64,000 bases of DNA. Origin: Ranitomeya imitator. Taxonomy: Eukaryota. The notes under the pieces are model-generated. The model saw nothing but the letters and a program-made list of their open reading frames with translations. It made no database searches and was not told the origin of the DNA. The stretch's first letter is position 1; each line of letters begins with the position of its first letter. The stretch lies in the NCBI RefSeq assembly GCF_032444005.1, contig NC_091285.1, positions 20,026,001-20,090,000 on the forward strand, written 5' to 3'. Positions 11,943-23,800 of the stretch are shown here, in pieces. The translations under genes were made by a program, and so were the position numbers.

Positions 11943-12648
11943 ACTTTCCAAAAAAAAAAAAAAAATCGACATCCCAGGACTTGTCTTCTACCCCCCTCCT
12001 CTACGTCTACGAGGAGATTGTCCCCACCTATTAAGTCTGAAGAACATCTGAGACCTGGTAACAATGTGATGAGATCAGCGGGGGCGGCGGGCTATCATCA
12101 GCGAAGAGACTAATCGGTCTATTTATCCTGGAAACTGTTGCTGGTAAATTTTCATACCTTAAATTCCTGATGTCCACATATCAAATCAAAGGAATTATTC
12201 AGTATTTTTTCTTAATTATTATTTTTATTATTATTATTATTATTATTATTTTTATTATTTTGTTTTTTTTTGTAACGTCAATGGGGTCTATTGGAGAGAT
12301 CGAAAAGGAACGTTGTATCTACCCTACCAGATCTTCAGATACCATCACCAATGAGATTTCCATGTAGGAACCTCTTGGTAGGTGTCTTCAGATGGAGAAG
12401 GATTTATTGCAGTATAGTTATTATGTTGCGCACTGTTCCTTTAAATTGGCCGCCATATTGGCTCAGGTATTTCTTTGACACTAAACAAATGGGTCACAGG
12501 ACAGTACGTTTTTAACATTTGGGGAAGTTTTGTAAAAAAAAAAAGTCAAACAAAACACATTTCACATTATTCAGGGAAATGACAATGATCAGATGTCAGA
12601 GCGATCAATGATTAACATCACGCGACTCTACAGCTGCTAAAAACTATG

Positions 12649-12662
12649 GCGCCATCTGGTGG
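12649..12662 (-). promoter_or_regulatory. CTCF consensus motif between the two minus-strand genes
   Basis: Minus strand CCACCAGATGGCGC matches the canonical CTCF core. Confidence 0.5.
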
Positions 12663-12704
12663 ACAAAAGATGACAATGCACGTTCTGAGTTTAAAGGATG
12701 ATAA

Positions 12705-13112
12705 AGGGGTTGTCCACCTTTGGGTAATATTTTTTTTACACTAATTCTTGTATTTGGTGTTAAAAAAAAAATATTTTTGCAATTGGATTTCAATCAAAAA
12801 AATTTGACCTTTTGGTTTTTAGATGCTCTTTGCTTCCTGGCACTTTCAACTTTGTTGTGGTCTGTGGTTATAAATCAGCTGAGAAGAGCTTAAAAAAATG
12901 ATAGACAAGAGTTCCAAACTCAGAACAAGCTCACTGAAGGATTCTCAGTCAACTCATTTTACAGGCAGCAATAGCCAGTGCAACACAGAGGCAACAGAAT
13001 GCAAAAGATGCAACATTTTTAATAAAAACTGTTTATTGTTGTTAAAATGATATTTAGTCCCAAAAATATGTATATAAATTAAAATAAAGGTTCCAAAAGT
13101 TGGACAACCCCT
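12705..13112. mobile_element. TTAA-flanked MITE (T2/Kolobok-like)
   Basis: AGGGGTTGTCCA ... TGGACAACCCCT|TTAA terminal inverted repeats; left flank ATAA. Confidence 0.65.
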
Positions 13113-13224
13113 TTAATGTTATAAATATATAAAGATTATTGCAGAGATCTTGACAGAGGTGAAGAATAAAAACAATAGGTTGGAACTTTTCGGCACGCGG
13201 TGAATTCTGTTAGTATTCTTCATG

Positions 13225-16200
13225 ATTGGGGTGTTTAGGACACAATCTTCTAGTGTCTGGTCTGGAGGATAGTCTTCCCGTTGGATGGTGAGATGCTCAT
13301 TGGGGCGTTTAGGACACTATCTTCTAGTGTCTGGTCTGGAGGACAGTCATCCCGTTGGATGGTGAGATGCTCATTGGGGTGTTTAGGACACAATTATCTA
13401 GTGTCTGGTCTGGAGGATAGTCTTCTCGTTGGATGGTGAGATGTTCATTGGGGTGTTTAGGACACAATCTTTTAGTGTCTGGTCTGGAAGATAGTCTTCC
13501 CGTTGGATGGTGAGACGCTCATTGGGGTGTTTAGGACACAATTATCTAGTGTCTGGTCTGGAGGATAGTCTTCCCGTTGGATGGTGAGACGCTCATTGGG
13601 GTGTTTAGGACACAATTATCTAGTGTCTGGTCTGGAGGACAGTCTTCTCGTTGGATAGTGAGACGCTCATTGGGGTGTTTAGGACACAATCTTTTAGTGT
13701 CTGGTCTGGAGGACAGTCTTCCCGTTGGATGGTGAGACGCTCATTGGGGTGTTTAGGACACAATTATGTAGTGTCTGGTCTGGAGGATAGTCTTCTCGTT
13801 GGATGGTGAGACGTTCATTGGGGTGTTTAGGACACAATCTTTTAGAGTCTGGTCTGGAGGATAGTCTTCCCGTTGGATGGTGAGACGCTCATTGGGGTGT
13901 TTAGGACACAATCTTTTAGTGTCTTGTCTGGAGGATAGTCTTCCCGTTGGATGGTGAGACGCTCATTGGGGTGTTTAGTACACAATTATCTAGTGTCTGG
14001 TCTGGAGGATAGTCTTCTCGTTGGATGGTGAGATGCTCATTGGGGTGTTTAGGACACAATCTTTTAGTGTCTGGTCTGGAGGATAGTCTTCCCGTTGGAT
14101 GGTGAGACGCTCATTGGGGTGTTTAGGACACAATTATCTAGTGTCTGGTCTGGAGGATAGTCTTCTCGTTGGATGGTGAGACGCTCATTGGGGTATTTAG
14201 GACACAATCTTCTAGTGTCTGGTCTGGAGGACAGTCTTCCCGTTGGAAGGTGAGACGCTCATTGGGGTGTTTAGGACACAATCTTTTAGTGTCTTGTCTG
14301 GAGGATAGTCTCCCCGTTGGATGGTGAGACGCTCATTGGGGTGTTTAGTACACAATTAGCTAGTGTCTGGTCTGGAGGATAGTCTTCCCGTTGGATGGTG
14401 AGATGCTCATTGGGGTGTTTAGGACACAATCTTCTAGTGTCTGGTCTGGAGGATAGTCTTCCCGTTGGATGGTGAGACACTCATTGGGGTGTTTAGGACA
14501 CAATCTTTTAGTGTCTAGTCTGGAGGACAGTCTTCCCGTTGGATGGTGAGACGCTCAATGGGGTGTTTAGGACACAATTATCTAGTGTCTGGTCTGGAGG
14601 ATAGTCTTCCCATTGGATGGTGAGACGCTCATTGGGGTGTTTAGGACACAATCTTCTAGTGTCTGGTCTGGAGGACAGTCTTCCCGTTGGATGGTGAGAC
14701 GCTCATTGGGGTGTTTAGGACACAATTATCTAGTGTCTGGTCTGGAGGATAGTTTTCTCGTTGGATAGTGAGATGCTCATTGGGGTGTTTAGTACACAAT
14801 CTTTTAGTGTCTTGTCTGGAGGATAGTCTTCCCGTTGGATGGTGAGACGCTCATTGGGGTGTTTAGGACACAATTATCTAGTGTCTGGTCTGGAGGATAG
14901 TCTTCTCGTTGGATGGTGAGATGCTCATTGGGGTGTTTAGGACACAATCTTTTAGTGTCTGGTCTGGAGGATAGTCTTCCCGTTGGATGGTGAGACGCTC
15001 ATTGGGGTGTTTAGGACACAATCTTTTAGTGTCTGGTCTGGAGGACAGTCGTGCCGTTGGATGGTGAGACACTCATTGGGGTGTTTAGGACACAATTATC
15101 TAGTGTCTGGTCTGGAGGATAGTCTTCTCGTTGGATGGTGAGACGCTCATTGGGGCGTTTAGGACACAATCTTCTAGTGTCTGATCTGGAGGCTAGTCTT
15201 CCCGTTGGATGGTGAGGCCCTCATTGGGGCATTTAGGACACAATCTTCAAGTGTCTGGTCTGGAGGACAGTCTTCCCGTTGGATTGTGAGATGCTCATTG
15301 GGGTGTTTAGGACACAATTATCTAGTGTCTGGTCTGGAGGATAGTCTTCTCGTTGGGTAGTGAGATGCTCATTGGGGTGTTTAGGACACAATCTTTTAGT
15401 GTCTGGTCTGGAGGATAGTCTTCTCGATGGATGGTGAGATGCTCATTGGGGTGTTTAGGACACAATCTTTTAGTGTCTGGTCTGAAGGATTGTCTTCTCG
15501 TTAGATGGTGAGATGCTCATTGGGGCATTTAGGACGCAATCTCCTAGTGTCTGGTCTGGAGGACAGTCTTCCCGTTTGATGGTCAGACGCTCAATGGGGT
15601 GTTTAGGACACAATTATCTAGTGTCTGGTCTGGAGGATAGTCTTCCCGTTGGATGGTGAGACGCTCAATGGGGTGTTTAGGACACAATTATCTAGTGTCT
15701 GGTCTGGAGGATAGTCTTCTCGTTGGGTAGTGAGATGCTCATTGGGGTGTTTAGGACACAATCTTTTAGTGTCTGGTCTGGAGGATAGTCTTCTCGTTGG
15801 ATGGTGAGATGCTCATTGGGGTGTTTAGGACACAATCTTTTAGTGTCTGGTCTGAAGGATTGTCTTCTCGTTAGATGGTGAGATGCTCATTGGGGCGTTT
15901 AGGACGCAATCTCCTAGTGTCTGGTTTGGAGGACAGTCTTCCCGTTTGATGGTCAGATGCTCAATGGGGTGTTTAGGACACAATTATCTAGTGTCTGGTC
16001 TGGAGGATAGTCTTCCCGTTGGATGGTGAGACGCTCATTGGGGTGTTTAGGACACAATCTTCTAGTGTCTGGTCTGGAGGATAGTCTTCCCGTTGGATGG
16101 TGAGACGCTCATTGGGGTGTTTAGGACACAATCTTTTAGTGTCTGGTCTGGAGGACAGTCGTCCCGTTGGATGGTGAGACACTCATTGGGGTGTTTAGGA

Positions 16201-17443
16201 CACAATTATCTAGTGTCTGGTCTGGAGGATAGTCTTCTCGTTGGATGGTGAGACGCTCATTGGGGCGTTTAGGACACAATCTTCTAGTGTCTGATCTGGA
16301 GGCTAGTCTTCCCGTTGGATGGTGAGGCCCTCATTGGGGCGTTTAGGACACAATCTTCTAGTGTCTGGTCTGGAGGACAGTCTTCCCGTTGGATGGTGAG
16401 ACGCTGATTGGGGTGTTTAGGACACAATCTTCAAGTGTCTGGTCTGGAGGACAGTCTTCCCGTTGGATTGTGAGATGCTCATTGGGGTGTTTAGGACACA
16501 ATCTTCTAGTGTCTGGTCTGGAGGACAGTCTTCCCATTGGATGGTGAGACGCTCATTGGGGTGTTTAGGACACAATTATCTAGTGTCTGGTCTGGAGGAC
16601 AGTCTTCTCGTTGGATAGTGAGATGCTCATTGGGGTGTTTGGGACACAATTATCTAGTGTCTGGCCTGGAGGACAGTCTTCCCGTTGTATGGTGAGACGC
16701 TCATTGGGGTGTTTAGGACACAATTATCTAGTGTCTGTTCTGGAGGATAGTCTTCTCGTTGGATGGTGAGATGCTCATTGGGGTGTTTAGGACACAATCT
16801 TTTAGTGTCTGGTCTGGAGGATAGTCTTCCCGTTGGATGGTGAGACGCTCAATGGGATGTTTAGGACACAATTATCTAGTGTCTGGTCTGGAGGATAGTC
16901 TTCTCGTTGGGTAGTGAGATGCTCATTGGGGTGTTTAGGACACAATCTTTTAGTGTCTGGTCTGGAGGATAGTCTTCTCGTTGGATGGTGAGATGCTCAT
17001 TGGGGTGTTTAGGACACAATCTTTTAGTGTCTGGTCTGAAGGATTGTCTTCTCGTTGGATGGTGAGATGCTCATTGGGGCGTTTAGGACGCAATCTCCTA
17101 GTGTCTGGTCTGGAGGACAGTCTTCCCGTTTGATGGTCAGACGCTCAATGGGGTGTTTAGGACACAATTATCTAGTGTCTGGTCTGGAGGATAGTCTTCC
17201 CGTTGGATGGTGAGACGCTCATTGGGGTGTTTAGGACACAATTATCTAGTGTCTGGTCTGGAGGACAGTCTTCTCGTTGGATAGTGAGACGCTCATTGGG
17301 GTGTTTAGGACACAATTATCTAGTGTCTGGTCTGGAGGACAGTCTTCCTGTTGGATGGTGAGACGCTCATTGGGGTGTTTAGGACACAATGTTCTAGTGT
17401 CTGGTCTGAAGGATTGTCTTCCCGTTGGATGGTGAGACGCTCC
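13225..17443. repeat. 74-bp tandem repeat, ~57 copies, overlapping the stop codon and 3' UTR of the PsuG-PsuK gene
   Basis: Unit ATTGGGGTGTTTAGGACACAATCTTCTAGTGTCTGGTCTGGAGGATAGTCTTCCCGTTGGATGGTGAGACGCTC. Confidence 0.97.
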
Positions 17444-17622
17444 ACACTCTGGGAGGTGGCCACTTCTCCGTTACTTGCTGCAAGCTGACGCTGATGGGTG
17501 AGATGAGCTGAGAGATGGGTCCGCGGGAACGGAGGGAGAGACGGGCGGCCAGGAGACCCATCCTAACACAGGTGTCAGTGTCATATTCGGCTAGGACCCC
17601 TGTAAGGAGACCTGCCATGAGG
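17394..17622 (-). CDS. PsuG-PsuK exon 18 (kinase C-terminus)
   Basis: (S)[32 protein letters not shown]...[16 protein letters not shown]. Confidence 0.9.
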
Positions 17623-20600
17623 CTGCGAGGAAGAAAGAGAACGGGTTACATGTTGCTTCCTACAATCTTACACTCTAAATTCTGAGTGAAAATTATCAAA
17701 AACCCTTTTTTTATGTGAAACTACACGAAAAATAATGTTTTTCCAAGAGGACATAGCTCAGTATTCCTGCTCTCATACTACAGGAAGGGCTTCTGCTGCA
17801 GTCAGTTGCTTTACAGCCAGTCAGAAGGCGGAAGAAAGAGGAGAAGAAAATGTCTGATCTTCCAGGGATACATATATTATATATGCACTCTTTATGAATC
17901 GATTCGATGGGAATTTAATTTACTTTGACTATTTAGGAATTCACCGAACATTACAATATGTGATTTGATTTGTATCAATTGCTAAAAATGGCCACCTCCA
18001 TTTTAAACATAGCAGAAAATTGCATCTGCCATAGAAGGATTACAAGCAGTCTCGGACTGGCCGACAGGAGAACAGGAAAATCCTCTGGTGGGCCCCCCAT
18101 GCAGAAATTGGATCTCCACTCCACCTATATAACAAGTAGTTGGCACAATAAATTTGTTTCACTATGTACAGACAAGGGCATAATCTCCACCTTCATTTAA
18201 CAAACTACCCTGTATATTATTATAGAGAAACATTGGCATATTTATGAATTAAAGTAATGTGATTTGCATGTAGCTGAACAGTGGGCAACCAGAGTCAATG
18301 TTACGGGTGGCACCCCAGTTCTTACACTGATCACAAGACCCTATAACGTCTTGCAGCCATCATATCACATAGTATAACACAGTCAATCAGGAGGGACTAT
18401 TAGAGCCAGTATAAAAGCAGAGGCAAGGAATGCAGCAGCCATGTTGCAGTGAATCTGGATAGTGAGAGAACGTCACAACGCACAGCTTCGCCATAGAGAT
18501 CAGGAGAAATAGCAATAAAATACTGGAGACTGTACAGCAAAGAAGAATATTGGTGTCTGAGTGAAAGAGAATAATGCAGATTTAGAGAGAAAAGAGGCCT
18601 CAGTGTCATACAAGTTTTTTCAGGGCAACTGAAGGCTTCGAAGCACTTTAGATTCACTACAAAATTTATCTGTAGTTTCACTCATCTCTATTCTTTATAT
18701 ATTTCATAAATGGATTCTGTGAAAAAGAAAAGAGTTTTCTATAAAACTGCCGGAATGTCTCAGTATAACAGACCTGTCTCCGGCTCCAGAAACATTGATG
18801 ATTTCCTCTGGAGGAATGGGAGCGGCTGGATAATGTACAGCGCACAGATCATCCCTTAATACCTAATGAAGCAGAGAGAGAGGCAATAATTCCCGAAAGG
18901 AATGAAAAGGCAAAACATTTCTACAAAAAAAATAAAATATAACCACATCCTCCCAATGTAATACAGATTTTGGGTCTCTTTTCTTCCCTCTGATTAGACA
19001 GGCTCTTCCTGTAATGCCAGAGATGTGTCCAGCTAATGACTTGTCTCTTGCTGCAGCTCTTCCTCCCCTCTCACAGCGCACAGTCTCAGAGAGAGAGAAA
19101 CTACAGCTGAATCCCTCTCACAACGCCTACAATTTACTGGTTCACACTAGATAGATATTTTTTGGGGAGTGGGGTAGGGAGTTTGATTTTTTATTTACGT
19201 TTCATATTCATCTCAGGCCGTGAAGACATACACATCACCTTCGTAAAAAATTACCTATTTATTTAAATCAGGTTTTTCTGGTACATGTATTTAAAAAACT
19301 GGCAATGTGTTTATTTATATATCATGATCTTTATTAAAAATTAGAAAGAGTAATTTCTTGCAATATTCACACTGATTACTAGAGCTTTTTTAGACTCTAA
19401 CTTTCTGTCCTTTCAAGAAGAGTTTTCATCACTTTTATCAGCAAAGGCAGAATTACAATACTAAGTAGCAACTCTGTACACACCTGATAACATAGGATCC
19501 ACCAATCATAACAGGTGATGTCACAGCTCACCTCCTCCTCCTGTACAATGACTGATAACACCTCTATATACAGTAGATAACACAGGATCCACCATTCACA
19601 ATAGGTGATGTCACAGCTCACCTCCTCCTCCTCCTCCTGTACAATGACTGATAACACCTCTATATACAGTAGATAACACATGATCCACCATTCACAATAG
19701 GTGATGTCACAGCTCAGCTCACCTCCTCCCCCTCCTGTACAATGACTGATAACACCTCTATATACAGTAGATAACACAGGCTTCACCATTCACAATAGGT
19801 GATGTCACAGCTCACCTCCTCCTCCTATACAATGACTGATAACACCTCTATATACATGAGATAACACAGGATCCACCATTCACAATAGGTGATGTCACAG
19901 CTCACTTCCTCCTCCTGTACAATGACTGATAACACCTCTATATACAGTAGATAACACAGGATCCACCATTCACAATAGGTGATGTCACAGCTCACCTCCT
20001 CCTGTACAATGACTGATAACACCTCTATATACAGTAGACAACACAGGATCCACCATTCACAATAGGTGATGTCACAGCTCACCTCCTCCTCTTGTACAAT
20101 GACTGATAACACCTCTATATACAGTAGATAACACAGGATCCACCATTCACAATAGGTGATGTCACAGATCACCTCCTCCTCCTCCTGTACAATGACTGAT
20201 AACACCTGTATATACAGTAGATAACACAGGATCCACCATTCACAATAGGTGATGACACAGCTCACCTCCTCCTGTACAATGTCTGATAACACCTCTATAC
20301 ACAGCTGATAACACAGGATCCACCATTCACAATAGGTGATATCACAGCTCACCTCCTCCTGTACAATGACTGATAACACCTCTATATACAGTAGATAACA
20401 CAGGATCCAACATTCACAATAGGTGATGTCACAGCTCACCTCCTCCTCCTGTACAATGACTGATAACACCTCTATATACAGTAGATAACACAGGATCCAC
20501 GATTCACAATAGGTGATGTCACAGCTCACCTCCTCCCCTTAACAGAGAGTGGCCTTTGCACATGCTCATTAGATGCTTCAATACAACAGATAGGGGAGGA

Positions 20601-20761
20601 GTCTGTTCATTGCGGCTAATGTACGTGTGCATTCCATTAAACAACAGGAAGTTAGTCGAAAAAAACCCAATGGCCAGTATGAGAACCGCAAGATTTCTAA
20701 TTGCCATTTTTAATACAAATTGTGATATGGGAAAAAATACACTGCAAAATAATATATATAA

Positions 20762-20817
<56 letters not shown>

Positions 20818-23800
20818 TTAACACCAAAAAAAACTATTTAAACAATCGGTAATTTTCTTTGGTTTCCAGTCTTTCAAAAGTTTTTCCATTACTATCAACC
20901 ATTAATTTCGAATTTTCTACTTCATTCCACCGTAAAATGGTGATTGGGATTGGGATTATTTATGGGAGATGCCAAATAAAGAAAAATCTAAATAATTAGG
21001 GGGAGGAATGAAGTATTATAGGCATGGGTCCCTTTAAATGATAATGGGACGACGTGTTCAGACCGACGGGTTGTAGTCGACAAAACTTGGAAAATATTTC
21101 ACTACATCTTGACCTAAGAATGTGGAATCTACCTCAAATCCATACAATCAATGCTTGTCAATTATGGATATTCTATACCTTGTCTTCAGCACGAAGGGAT
21201 ACGGTTCTGTCACGCCTGTGGCCACACAAGAGGACGCCGTGGGCCCCCAGAGTTACTATGACGCAATGTATGTTCTCCAGGAGAGGCAACGAGAGGCTGA
21301 TGGCCATATCTACTATATCTTCTAATTTACACGGAATATCTAGGGAAGGAGACACGAGTCATGGAAAGAAACATACCGCAACGTACGTGTCAGGTAAAGG
21401 ACCGCCACCCTCACCGGTGGTATTACTCTTGTTTTCATTGATGAAGCCGTGATGAGAGATGTTGAGAATTTAGCTTTACACCTGTCAATCATCTGAAAGG
21501 TCAACAGTCGATGTCTGGAAAATGTGTCTCATTATCCTTTAGAATCTGACGTGATCCATCTATTTTATGTCTCTGGATGTAAATCTTCTAGTGAAGTCTC
21601 ATAACATTGCATCTAGTTCCCCAATATGTGCGTACAATCTATGTAAAGTTAATTGAGTCAGTTAAAACCGCTTCTCTAGATGAGGACCTGTTGGCGATCA
21701 ACTGATCGCCACCAGTCCTGCTGCTGTAATCATCAGGAAAAGCTGCAGTGGCCACTGGTGGAGAACAGTGGTACTGCATGGTGACTATTCTAAGAAGTTT
21801 GAGCCTTACATAGCACCAAATGCATTTGCAGAGGTTCTCCACTTTGGATAACATTGGTGCGAGTTATGAATAGAGTTGAGCGAATATGTTCGGAATCGGT
21901 CGCTGAATCTGAATTTGCCATATTCGTGCCATAATGGTACCCTATTCGTGCCAAATTTATGTTTGACGATCGTTCCCGAATATATTCGCTCATTTCTATT
22001 CCCGTTGACTCCAATGACGTTCGTCTGCATTGCAAAAACAATATTTGCCCCCGATCAGAATTGGAACCGAATTTTGAAAAATTTGCGCAATTCTAGATAT
22101 GAATCCCCAACCCCCACCATCGGCACCATTAACCTCAATATTTCCATATAGCACAGACAGACAGGAATCATCCTTGGATCATAATTGCTAGCAGTGATAA
22201 TAGTCTCCCAGCACTTATATCCTGTTTAGGAGGTAGAGTAAATTCAGAAACAACTGGATGAAATATTAAAGGGGACCTGTCACTTCCCATAAATATGAAG
22301 TTATTTTAGCTGATGTAAATACTGCCATTCACCTGAATCTGACAATATTTTTCTTTTGTTCCTACGCTTCTCCGTTCTTAAGATATGGCCTCTTTTTCCC
22401 TGTATATAAATATAGGCTTGCTACCTAGGGGGTGTGGCCTCAGCTCTTCATGGGTGTGGTTATCTTGAGAACCAATCCCAATTGGCTAAACAAGAAAGGG
22501 CCATATCTCAGGAACAGAGAGGCGCAGAAACAAAAAAAAAAAACATCGCCAGAATCAGGAGAACGGCGGCATTTACACCAAGCAAAAAAAATTACATATT
22601 TAAAGGAAGTGATGTTTTCTTTTAAAAAAAATTCACAGGAGTGTAATTTAATTGTAATCTATTGGGGTAATATAACGTTTTCTGTCTAATTTTGTATTTG
22701 TTGTTGTTTGTCAGTCTTGGGTTGTTACTATCCTGTGCATAAAATGCTGTTTTGCCCATTTTGAAAGGGTTTTTTTTATTTCACAAAGGTATTGAGATAT
22801 CAATGGGACATCATAAATCATAATCCCTGATGGCTAACGCTAATCCTCCATAATCCTCAACAGCTAAAACAGTCTCAAATTTGAGATCTCGGATTCCCAA
22901 AAATTGGGAATAATTGAAAGTGAACTACGGTAATTAAGATTCATTATGTCACCCAACTACCTACCCACCATCTTGGCGTTGCTTACCGATGTCTTCTACA
23001 TATCCCAAGGTCCTATTGATGGCTAGGAGCTCTTTTATGTTTGGAGAGAGGTAGGTCAAAGCCGTCCAGCTGTTTGAGGTGAAGGGTTTAGATGCTTTGT
23101 CTATATCTGTGGGTTCGTAGCAAACTGCAAAACATTATACAATAACTTTTACATTTACAGGGGATGTCTGGTACGAAGAAGCAGTGCGAAACGCGCGTCG
23201 GGGCAGAGGGACGCCGGGGCATACATCCACGTGGCAGACCTTAAGGTAATATACCCATTCTAATATAAAACTCTATATCTGCTAGTGACAATCATGTATC
23301 ATATTAGAGGATGGGTTTAGCCCGCCTCCGCATGACATAGATTATATCGGCACATTCCTATGAGGGGATGTTTTACCATATATCATGATGCACATAGAAT
23401 ATAGGTAGCATGGATGTAATTATCATATGTATATGTTAAATTAGTCCACGATTTGGATGTAGCCTATGGCTTTTTTGTGTCCCTCCTTTTAGGTCCAATA
23501 CCTTTCTTCTTTGTAGTATTTATACATTGTTTTTAATGATTTTCAGTAAACTATTAGTTTTTATTAGTACCTCAGTCTATGTCACTTATTTTTCTTACAC
23601 TGGGTGATCAAGTCTTTTTGTGATATATTTAAAGGGGATGTCTGGTTTAGTATATCATTTTCAAATGCTCTTTTATCTGGAAGAGAAACTAGCTACAAAA
23701 ATGTATCTGTCTCACTGGAGGACCCTGTCCATTTATTACACAAAGAAGAGAATGATTTCAATAGAAGCTGTGCAATACCTCATTTCACCTGCGGGAATGC

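Noticed and set aside
13225-17443. Regular arrays resembling CRISPR repeats
   Set aside because: No unique spacers, no cas genes, eukaryotic context; plain tandem repeats
19397-20827. Repetitive ORFs ([30 protein letters not shown]) and a hydrophobic [16 protein letters not shown].. start
   Set aside because: Derived from the ~90-bp intronic repeat and (TA)n; exons 16 and 17 already join in phase without them
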